32,000 bases of DNA from Tannockella kyphosi (GTDB lineage Bacteria > Bacillota_I > Bacilli_A > Erysipelotrichales > Coprobacillaceae). Shown here piece after piece: positions 18,804 to 25,986 of the stretch. The stretch lies in the NCBI RefSeq assembly GCF_021054785.1, contig NZ_CP088239.1:210001-242000 (forward strand), in the 5' to 3' direction. The stretch's first letter is position 1; every line of letters begins with the position of its first letter. Position numbers and translations under genes: made by a program. The notes under the pieces are model-generated. The model made no database searches. It was given only the letters and a program-made list of their open reading frames with translations, and had not been told where the DNA came from.

Positions 18804-20855
18804 ATGAATTTAGAAAAAGAATGGAACGGCTTTGTTGAAGGTAAATGGGTAAAAGAAATTAATTTAAGAGAATTTATCCAATTAAACTATACTCCATACA
18901 ATGGAGATGACACTTTCTTAGCTGGACCAACAAAAGCAACTCTTGATCTTTGGGATCAAGTAATGGATTTAACAAAGAAAGAAATTGAAGCTGGTGGCGT
19001 ATTAGATATGGACACTAAAGTAGTTTCTTCATTAACATCACATGCTGCAGGGTATTTAAACAAAGAAATTGAAACAATTGTAGGTTTCCAAACAGATAAG
19101 CCTTTCAAAAGATCATTACAACCAAACGGTGGTATCCGTATGGCTGAAAAAGCTTGTGCTGATAATGGATATACTGTAGATCCTGAAATCGTGGAAATTT
19201 TCACGAAATATAGAAAAACTCACAATGCAGGAGTATTTGATGCTTATACACCAGATATGCGTGCTTGTCGTTCATCTCACATTATTACTGGATTACCAGA
19301 TGCTTATGGGCGTGGACGTATTATCGGAGACTATCGTCGTGTAGCTTTATACGGGGTAGATTTCTTAATCAAAGATAAAAAACATCAATTAGATACATCT
19401 CATGTACGTATGAATGCAGAAAATATTCGTACTAGAGAAGAATTATCTGAACAAATTCGTGCTTTAGGTGAATTAAAACAAATGGGTGCAATTTATGGTT
19501 TTGATATTTCTAGACCTGCAAAAGATGTAAAAGAAGCAATCCAATGGACATACTTCGGTTACTTAGCTGCAGTTAAAGAACAAAATGGTGCTGCAATGTC
19601 TTTAGGTAGAACTTCTACATTTATCGACATCTTCGCACAAAGAGATATCGCTAATGGTGTATATACAGAACAAGAAGTACAAGAAATGGTTGACCATTTC
19701 ATTATGAAATTACGTTTAGTAAAATTCGCTCGTACTCCAGAATACAACGAATTATTCTCAGGAGATCCAACTTGGGTAACTGAAACAATCGGTGGTGTTG
19801 GTGTAGATGGACGTCATTTAGTTACTAAAACTAGTTTCAGATATTTACATACATTAACAAACTTAGGAACTGCTCCTGAGCCAAATATGACAGTATTATG
19901 GTCTACTAACTTACCAGCAGAATTCAAAAGATATTGTGCAAAAATGTCAATTCAAACTTCATCAATTCAATATGAAAATGATGATTTAATGCGTGTAACT
20001 CATGGTGATGATTATGCAATCGCATGTTGTGTATCTTCAATGAGAATTGGTAAAGAAATGCAATTCTTTGGAGCTCGTGCTAACTTAGCAAAATGTTTAT
20101 TATACGCTATCAATGGTGGTATAGATGAAAAATCTGGAAAACAAGTAGGACCTAGATTCAGAGCTGTTGAAGATGGTGTATTAGATTATGAAGATGTAAA
20201 ACAAAAATTCGTAGATATGATGTCATGGTTAGCTGGTGTTTATGTAAACTCATTAAACATTATCCATTATATGCATGATAAATATTGTTATGAAAGAATC
20301 CAAATGGCTTTACATGATCGTGAAGTAAAACGTTATTTCGCAACAGGTATTGCTGGTTTATCAGTAGTAGCAGATTCACTGTCAGCTATTAAATATGCAC
20401 AAGTAACTCCAGTAAGAAATGAAGCTGGTATTGTTGTGGATTACAATATTGAAGGAGATTTCCCTAAATATGGTAATGATGATGATAGAGTAGATGAAAT
20501 TGCTAACTGGTTAGTTTCAACTTTCATGGATTTAGTTCGTTCTCATCATACTTATAGAGATGGTGTACCAACTACTTCAATCTTAACAATTACTTCTAAT
20601 GTAGTTTATGGTAAAGCAACTGGTAATACTCCTGATGGACGTAAATCTGGTCAACCATTTGCACCAGGTGCAAACCCATTACATGGTAGAGATACAAACG
20701 GTGCTGTTGCTTCATTAGCATCTGTAGCAAAATTACCTTTCTCTGATGCCCAAGATGGTATCTCAAATACATTCTCAATCATTCCTGGAGCTTTAGGAAA
20801 AGATGATCAAGTATTTGCAGGTGATTTAGAAGTTGAATTAGATTTAAATAAATAA
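18804..20855 (+). CDS. pflB: pyruvate formate-lyase catalytic body lacking the C-terminal glycyl-radical domain
   Basis: PFL-like from the N-terminus ([36 protein letters not shown]) through the Cys-Cys site IACCVS to [12 protein letters not shown]. It then ends in an acidic tail [15 protein letters not shown] and TAA. It has no RVSGY motif. An SD (AGGAGG) lies upstream. Confidence 0.9.
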   Translation: MNLEKEWNGFVEGKWVKEINLREFIQLNYTPYNGDDTFLAGPTKATLDLWDQVMDLTKKEIEAGGVLDMDTKVVSSLTSHAAGYLNKEIETIVGFQTDKPFKRSLQPNGGIRMAEKACADNGYTVDPEIVEIFTKYRKTHNAGVFDAYTPDMRACRSSHIITGLPDAYGRGRIIGDYRRVALYGVDFLIKDKKHQLDTSHVRMNAENIRTREELSEQIRALGELKQMGAIYGFDISRPAKDVKEAIQWTYFGYLAAVKEQNGAAMSLGRTSTFIDIFAQRDIANGVYTEQEVQEMVDHFIMKLRLVKFARTPEYNELFSGDPTWVTETIGGVGVDGRHLVTKTSFRYLHTLTNLGTAPEPNMTVLWSTNLPAEFKRYCAKMSIQTSSIQYENDDLMRVTHGDDYAIACCVSSMRIGKEMQFFGARANLAKCLLYAINGGIDEKSGKQVGPRFRAVEDGVLDYEDVKQKFVDMMSWLAGVYVNSLNIIHYMHDKYCYERIQMALHDREVKRYFATGIAGLSVVADSLSAIKYAQVTPVRNEAGIVVDYNIEGDFPKYGNDDDRVDEIANWLVSTFMDLVRSHHTYRDGVPTTSILTITSNVVYGKATGNTPDGRKSGQPFAPGANPLHGRDTNGAVASLASVAKLPFSDAQDGISNTFSIIPGALGKDDQVFAGDLEVELDLNK

Positions 20856-20857
20856 AG

Positions 20858-21064
20858 ATGGAAACTTCAGATAAAGATATTGACGCTCTAATAGCAATGT
20901 TAGATGGTCAAATGAAAAAAGGATCAAAACATGTAAATATTGCTGTAGAAGATCCTACAAATATGAATGCTTCTATCACTCAAGTTAAAGCTGGTATAGA
21001 TTGTGACAGTGGTGACACTGCATGTAAAATACCTAACTTAATGACGGGTTTAGATCAAGAATAA
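20858..21064 (+). CDS. 68-aa degenerate paralogue of the glycyl-radical domain (function unknown, could be a decaying duplicate)
   Basis: The ATG lies 2 nt after the pflB stop and has no SD. The N-terminal half ([22 protein letters not shown]) parallels the next ORF ([22 protein letters not shown]), including a 16-nt identical DNA stretch. The C-terminal half is diverged. Confidence 0.5.
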   Translation: METSDKDIDALIAMLDGQMKKGSKHVNIAVEDPTNMNASITQVKAGIDCDSGDTACKIPNLMTGLDQE

Positions 21065-21077
21065 AGGAGATAATTCT

Positions 21078-21320
21078 ATGAGTTCAAATAGACAACAAGA
21101 AGAAAATCTAGTAGCAATGTTAGATGGATATGTAGAAAAAGGTGGACATCACTTAAATGTTAATGTTTTTACAAAAGAAACATTAATAGATGCGCAAGCT
21201 CACCCAGAAAACTATCCACAATTAACTGTACGTGTATCTGGATATGCTGTTAACTTTGTTAAATTAACAAAAGAACAACAAGATGACGTAATTTCTAGAA
21301 CTTTCCACAGTCAAATGTAA
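21078..21320 (+). CDS. autonomous glycyl-radical domain protein (GrcA/YfiD-like, equivalent to the PFL C-terminus)
   Basis: Contains ...GGHHLNVNV...[39 protein letters not shown], the canonical PFL C-terminus with the RVSGY radical signature. It has its own SD (AAGGAGA, 21064-21070) 7 nt before the ATG, and a terminator follows. Confidence 0.88.
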   Translation: MSSNRQQEENLVAMLDGYVEKGGHHLNVNVFTKETLIDAQAHPENYPQLTVRVSGYAVNFVKLTKEQQDDVISRTFHSQM

Positions 21321-21325
21321 TAATG

Positions 21326-21352
21326 AAAAACGGATGAAAATCCGTTTTTTTT
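21326..21352 (+). terminator. rho-independent terminator after the glycyl-radical minigene
   Basis: Stem aaaaacgga / tccgttttt with loop tgaaaa, followed by a T-run. Confidence 0.8.
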
Positions 21353-21367
21353 ATTTTCTTTTTCTTG

Positions 21368-21396
21368 TTGATTGTTTTCGTGAAGAGGCGTATCAT
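21368..21396 (+). promoter_or_regulatory. candidate promoter of the ABC transporter pair
   Basis: TTGATT, a 17-nt spacer, then TATCAT. An SD (AAGGGAG) lies 7-8 nt before the ATG at 21418. Confidence 0.4.
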
Positions 21397-21417
21397 TGAT
21401 GGTAAGGGAGTGATTGG

Positions 21418-22740
21418 ATGTTTCATTTTATTTATCAATGTATGTTAGGACAAAAGAAATTATATATCATTATGCTTGTTGTTTTGACATTACTTGCAAC
21501 AATTGAATTGTATTTTGCAGGGATATATACTGCTTTTATGGGATTAAGTGGATCAAGTGCCTATATTATCCGAACACTTGCTACTTTTATATCTTTTTTA
21601 TCCTGTTTTTTAACTTTGTTTATTAATCAGTTTTTCTTAGAAGGAAAAACGGAAGAATTATCTATTTTTATGATTACTGGTGGATCTGCTAAAAAAAGTT
21701 TATCTTATATTATTATTCAGTTTGGTATATTTTATGTAGTTGCTACTTTATTAGCGATACCATTAGGTGCTCTTGCATTATCTATGACAATTAATTTAGT
21801 TGCAATACAATTAGATACGATTATTCATATTTCATTATTATCTTTATTATCTATCTTTGGTAGTTTTGTTATTATGAAGTTAATATTTGTTTTATTATTA
21901 AATGTTAGTTTTTTAAATCGTGTAGCGATTTCAATTTATAAATATATGACTAGTACAGGTAAACCATCCGAACAGTCAAATGATTTCTTTTCTCAGTTAC
22001 CAAGAACAGGAAAGGCAAAGTTTCCAGTAGGATCATTTTTTATTGTAGCAATGACTATTGTTTTGTTTTTTGTAGGAATAAAAGGATTAGTTTCTTTTGA
22101 AGAAGATATGAGTTCTTTGTTATTTTCGATTGTAGTATTACTGGTATCTTTTTTATTAGTCATTAATACTTGGATTCCATTATCTTTTAATCTATTTCAT
22201 GATCGTTATTTAATGAAAAAGCCTTTTTTGTTATTTAGCCTTTGTTATATTAAACAAACTATGAAAACGATGAGTGCAATGATTAATATGAATGCGATAT
22301 TTATACCAATGACATTATGTTTATTTGTACTACCAGTATTTGATGGGAGTTATACTATCTTTTTAATGATTTGTTACATTGCTTTAATGTTGATGTTGTT
22401 TTTAGGATTTTTTATCCGTTTTCATGTTTATTTACCTACAAAATCAAGAGATATTGCAACAATGAGAGCATTAGGATATAAAGATATATTTATTATTCGT
22501 ATTCAAAAAGTAGAAGTATTTACTTTTGTGTTTTTAACTTTTATATTACCTTTTCTATGTTTTAGTTATGTATTAGGGCAAGGTTATTTACAAGGATTTA
22601 TATCTTTGGGGGTTATCGGAGTAGTTTTAATAATTTATGTTTTCTTTTATGGAATGTTTAGTATCTATATTTATTGGTGTTATCAAAAACAAGCAAAGGA
22701 GGTATTAGGTGATGTCAGATATCTTAATCGAAGTGAGTAA
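21418..22740 (+). CDS. ABC transporter permease with two FtsX-type modules (about 10 predicted TM segments, no large extracellular domain)
   Basis: Highly hydrophobic. Two FtsX-like cytoplasmic loop signatures are present: EGKTEELSIFMITGGSAKKSLSYII and KSRDIATMRALGYKDIFIIRIQ. Confidence 0.8.
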   Translation: MFHFIYQCMLGQKKLYIIMLVVLTLLATIELYFAGIYTAFMGLSGSSAYIIRTLATFISFLSCFLTLFINQFFLEGKTEELSIFMITGGSAKKSLSYIIIQFGIFYVVATLLAIPLGALALSMTINLVAIQLDTIIHISLLSLLSIFGSFVIMKLIFVLLLNVSFLNRVAISIYKYMTSTGKPSEQSNDFFSQLPRTGKAKFPVGSFFIVAMTIVLFFVGIKGLVSFEEDMSSLLFSIVVLLVSFLLVINTWIPLSFNLFHDRYLMKKPFLLFSLCYIKQTMKTMSAMINMNAIFIPMTLCLFVLPVFDGSYTIFLMICYIALMLMLFLGFFIRFHVYLPTKSRDIATMRALGYKDIFIIRIQKVEVFTFVFLTFILPFLCFSYVLGQGYLQGFISLGVIGVVLIIYVFFYGMFSIYIYWCYQKQAKEVLGDVRYLNRSE

Positions 22741-23977
22741 TGTTTCTAAAATATATGATCAGGATATTCTCTTGAAGAGAGGAACTAATTTTTATGCTTT
22801 AAATAATGTAAATTTTGTTTTAGAAAGAGGAGATTTTATAGCAATTATGGGACCAAGTGGTTCTGGTAAATCAACATTATTGAACTGTATGTCTTCTTTG
22901 GATGCAATTACGAAAGGTACTATTGAATTAAAAGGAAAGAATTTAGGAGCTTATAGTAACCAAGAATTAAGTGATTTTAGATATCACGATTTAGGTTTTA
23001 TTTTTCAAAACCATAATTTAATATCAACACTTAGTATTTTTGATAATATTGCTTCCACACTATATTTAGGTGGACAAGATTCAAAAGATATTTATAAAAG
23101 AGTATTAGAAATAGCAGAGCAATTAGATATTATGGAAATTCTAAAAAAGAAACCAAATGAATGCTCTGGTGGACAACGTCAAAGAGCTGCTATTGCAAGA
23201 GGGTTAATTAATAATCCAGATATATTAATATGTGATGAACCAACAGGAAATTTAGATTCTAAAAATTCTCATGAATTTTTAAAACTATTAACTGATTTAA
23301 ATGAAAAAGGAACTTCTATTGTTTTAGTAACTCATGATAGTATGATTGCTAGTTATGCTAAGAAGTTAGTTTATTTAAGAGATGGGCAAGTTCATCATAT
23401 TGTAGAGAGAAAAGATAGTAGTCAAGATGTATTCTTTCAACAAATAAACTCAATTACAAATAAAGATAGTTTGGTTCATCTTTTTGGTAAAAGCGAAGAA
23501 GTAGAATTGAGATCAGATTTAGTAACGGATGTTTCTGTACATGGAGAAGGTAGTCGTTATGATGTTTATGCTATTTTTAATGAAAATCCAGAAGAGTTAG
23601 AGAAAATGAAGTTTCAACCATGTTTACAATGTAATCATGAGGTTTTTGAATATGTTCGTACAGGAGAAAAGATATATGTAAAAGATATCAAAAAAGTAGA
23701 ACTATTTATGATTAGTAAATTGGTAATGATGATGATTGCAGAATATCATTTCTATGTTTTAGTAAAAATACATACAGAGAGTACGGTATATGATTATCGT
23801 TTCTTAAATGAAAATAATTTAACAGAATTTTTCCAAATATTATTAGATAATAATATTGAAATAGATGATCCAATGGAATTGATTGATTTATTTAAAAAGA
23901 ATAGTGGAGATTTTAGGAGACTTCGTTATTTACAATCTAAAAGAAAAGTGTTTGTAGATACATATGGAATGAAATAG
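22709..23977 (+). CDS. ABC transporter ATP-binding protein (MacB/LolD/BceA-type) with a ~190-aa C-terminal extension of unknown function
   Basis: Has Walker A GPSGSGKST, the Q-loop, signature SGGQRQR, Walker B ILICDEPT and the H-loop VTHD. A GTG at 22709 or ATG at 22712 follows AGGAGG. It overlaps the permease gene by ~30 nt. Confidence 0.88.
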   Translation: MMSDILIEVSNVSKIYDQDILLKRGTNFYALNNVNFVLERGDFIAIMGPSGSGKSTLLNCMSSLDAITKGTIELKGKNLGAYSNQELSDFRYHDLGFIFQNHNLISTLSIFDNIASTLYLGGQDSKDIYKRVLEIAEQLDIMEILKKKPNECSGGQRQRAAIARGLINNPDILICDEPTGNLDSKNSHEFLKLLTDLNEKGTSIVLVTHDSMIASYAKKLVYLRDGQVHHIVERKDSSQDVFFQQINSITNKDSLVHLFGKSEEVELRSDLVTDVSVHGEGSRYDVYAIFNENPEELEKMKFQPCLQCNHEVFEYVRTGEKIYVKDIKKVELFMISKLVMMMIAEYHFYVLVKIHTESTVYDYRFLNENNLTEFFQILLDNNIEIDDPMELIDLFKKNSGDFRRLRYLQSKRKVFVDTYGMK

Positions 23978-24047
23978 TCTATTATGCAATTTGCTTTCTA
24001 AAATATCTACTTTATAGTATAATGGTTGATGGAAAGAAGGAATTGTT

Positions 24048-24782
24048 ATGGAAGGATATATTCATTCATTAGAGTCATGTGGAACAGTAGATGGACCAGG
24101 GTTGCGTTTTGTGGTTTTTTTACAAGGATGTCCATTGCGTTGTAAATATTGTCATAATCCAGATACATGGAAACCAAATGTTGGTAACAAAATGAGTGTT
24201 AGTGATATTTTAAAGAAATATAATAAAAAGAGTAGTTTTTATAAAAATGGAGGAATTACTGTTACTGGTGGTGAACCATTGATGCAAATGGAATTTGTTA
24301 CGGAGTTATTTAAAGCTTGTAAAAATGAAGGAATTCATACTTGTTTAGATACTTCAGGTGTAACTTTTACTCCGGGTAAAACAGAAAAGTTTGATTTATT
24401 AATGATGTATACTGATTTAGTGATGCTAGATATTAAACATATTGATAATGTAGAACATAAGGAATTAACAGGATTGGATAATGGGAATATTTTATCATTT
24501 GCTAAATATTTAGATAAAAAGAATATTTCTGTTTGGATTCGTCATGTTGTTGTACCAACGATTACACAAAATGATAAGTATTTAAAACAATTAGGTAATT
24601 TTATAGGAACATTACATAATATCAAAGCATTAGATGTGTTACCTTATCATGTGATGGGAAGATCGAAATATCAAGAAATGGGGCTAACCTATCCTTTAGA
24701 AGGAATTGAACCCTTAGATAAAGAAGATGCAATTAAAGCAAGAACTATCATTCTTGAAGGAATGAGAGAAGTAAGAAAATAA
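24048..24782 (+). CDS. pflA: pyruvate formate-lyase activating enzyme (radical SAM)
   Basis: Starts with GYIHS.ES.GTVDGPG and carries the cluster motif CPLRCKYCHNPD and GGITVTGGEP. Length is 244 aa. Confidence 0.93.
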   Translation: MEGYIHSLESCGTVDGPGLRFVVFLQGCPLRCKYCHNPDTWKPNVGNKMSVSDILKKYNKKSSFYKNGGITVTGGEPLMQMEFVTELFKACKNEGIHTCLDTSGVTFTPGKTEKFDLLMMYTDLVMLDIKHIDNVEHKELTGLDNGNILSFAKYLDKKNISVWIRHVVVPTITQNDKYLKQLGNFIGTLHNIKALDVLPYHVMGRSKYQEMGLTYPLEGIEPLDKEDAIKARTIILEGMREVRK

Positions 24783-24808
24783 CTTATCCAATAGGGTAAG
24801 TTTTTTTT
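24781..24808 (+). terminator. rho-independent terminator after pflA
   Basis: Stem cttatcc / gggtaag with loop aata, followed by TTTTTTTT. Confidence 0.75.
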
Positions 24809-24818
24809 AATGCATATT

Positions 24819-24849
24819 CTTTGTTTAAAAAAACAAAGTATGTTAGTAT
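24819..24849 (+). promoter_or_regulatory. candidate ahpC promoter overlapped by a 20-bp perfect palindrome (possible operator)
   Basis: The palindrome CTTTGTTTAAAAAAACAAAG spans 24819-24838. TTGTTT (24821-24826), a 17-nt spacer, then TAGTAT (24844-24849). Confidence 0.4.
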
Positions 24850-24914
24850 ATAAATGTCAAGTTAGCTCATACTAACTAAGAACAAAAAAATAGAAAACAG
24901 GAGGAATATATAGT

Positions 24915-25478
24915 ATGTCACTTATTCAAAAAGAAGTAGTAGATTTTAAAGTACAAGCGTTTGTAAATAACGAGTTTCAAGAGGTAACAAAAGCAGATAC
25001 ATTAGGGAAATGGGCTGTTTATTTCTTTTATCCAGCGGATTTTACATTTGTTTGTCCAACTGAATTAGAAGATTTAGCAAATAAATATGAAGAGTTTACA
25101 GCAATTGATTGCGAGGTTTATAGCGTTTCTTGCGATAGTCATTTTGTGCATAAAGCATGGCATGATGCATCGAAAACAATTAAAAAAATCAAATATCCAA
25201 TGTTAGCAGACCCAACAGGTGTTTTAGCTAGAGGATTTGATGTAATGATCGAATCAGATGGTATGGCAGAAAGAGGAAGCTTTATCGTTAACCCTGAAGG
25301 GAAAATCGTAGCTTATGAAGTATTAGCAGGAAATGTAGGACGTAATGCCGATGAATTATTCAGACGTGTACAAGCGTTACAATTTGTAGCAGAACATGGT
25401 GATGAAGTATGTCCTGCAAAATGGAAACCAGGGGAAGAAACTTTAAAACCTAGTTTAGATTTAGTGGGATTACTTTAA
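24915..25478 (+). CDS. ahpC: alkyl hydroperoxide reductase subunit C (typical 2-Cys peroxiredoxin)
   Basis: The peroxidatic Cys lies in FTFVCPTE and the resolving Cys in EVCPAKW. Length is 187 aa, with a strong SD. Confidence 0.95.
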   Translation: MSLIQKEVVDFKVQAFVNNEFQEVTKADTLGKWAVYFFYPADFTFVCPTELEDLANKYEEFTAIDCEVYSVSCDSHFVHKAWHDASKTIKKIKYPMLADPTGVLARGFDVMIESDGMAERGSFIVNPEGKIVAYEVLAGNVGRNADELFRRVQALQFVAEHGDEVCPAKWKPGEETLKPSLDLVGLL

Positions 25479-25480
25479 TA

Positions 25481-25524
25481 AAACAAGACTCTTATCAAAA
25501 TATTCTGATAAGAGTTTGTTTTTT
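25481..25524 (+). terminator. rho-independent terminator (or attenuating hairpin) after ahpC
   Basis: A long stem (caagactcttatca / tgataagagtttg, one bulge) is followed by TTTTTT. Confidence 0.8.
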
Positions 25525-25545
25525 AAAAGAAAGAAGGAGAAAAAT

Positions 25546-25986
25546 ATGAACGAACAATTACATAATGATTTAAATAAGTACTTAGCAGATACAGCAGTAT
25601 TATATATAAAATTCCATAATTTACATTGGAATGTTGTAGGGAAACAATTTAAAAATATTCATGAATACTTAGAAACTATTTATGATGGATTTGCAGATGT
25701 GTTGGATGAAGTAGCTGAAAACATTAAAATGAATGGGCAAACTCCACTAGCATCAATGAAAGATTATTTAGCGGTAAGCACAGTAAAAGAATTAGATAAT
25801 ATTGAAATTTCGGCTTCTGAAACATTAAATATTGCCAAACAAGATATTGCTTCTATTAAAGCTTTTGGGGAAGCAATTCGTAAAACTGCAGGTAATGAAG
25901 ATTGCTATGATGTGGTTAGTATGATGGAAGGGCATTTAACTAATTATAATAAGACTTTATGGTTCTTAGAGGCAATGACAAAATAA
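25546..25986 (+). CDS. dps: Dps-family DNA-protection/ferritin-like protein
   Basis: Ferroxidase-site residues occur in FHNLHWNVVG...IHEYLE...DEVAE. The start is set at the ATG at 25546, 6 nt after AAGGAGA. The track's TTG at 25516 lies inside the ahpC terminator. Confidence 0.9.
   Translation: MNEQLHNDLNKYLADTAVLYIKFHNLHWNVVGKQFKNIHEYLETIYDGFADVLDEVAENIKMNGQTPLASMKDYLAVSTVKELDNIEISASETLNIAKQDIASIKAFGEAIRKTAGNEDCYDVVSMMEGHLTNYNKTLWFLEAMTK

Noticed and set aside
20856-21077. An intron or intein interrupting pflB, by analogy with interrupted phage glycyl-radical genes.
   Set aside because: The gap is only 222 nt and carries no homing endonuclease. It is not in frame (which an intein requires), and it is itself a partial duplicate of the downstream coding sequence. 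I could not identify any group I or group II core structure by eye.
20780-21100. The split pflB explained by a simple sequencing frameshift, a programmed frameshift or stop-codon readthrough.
   Set aside because: The body's frame has TAA at 20853 and again at 20889. The ORF2 frame is closed upstream at 20849. I saw no X_XXY_YYZ slippery site, and the 80-aa ORF has its own SD and ATG. A multi-error assembly artefact cannot be excluded without reads, so it is kept as a caveat in the finding.
20858-24782. A RiPP-like cluster reading: a small Cys-containing peptide (ORF2) plus an ABC transporter plus a radical SAM enzyme.
   Set aside because: The radical SAM protein is a typical 244-aa PFL activase with no SPASM or accessory cluster domain. 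ORF2's N-terminal half is plainly homologous to the PFL radical domain. The PFL context explains the components better.
25516-25545. The upstream TTG start given by the ORF track for dps.
   Set aside because: The TTG lies within the stem and T-tract of the ahpC terminator. The ATG at 25546 has a proper AAGGAGA SD and gives a normal ~146-aa Dps.
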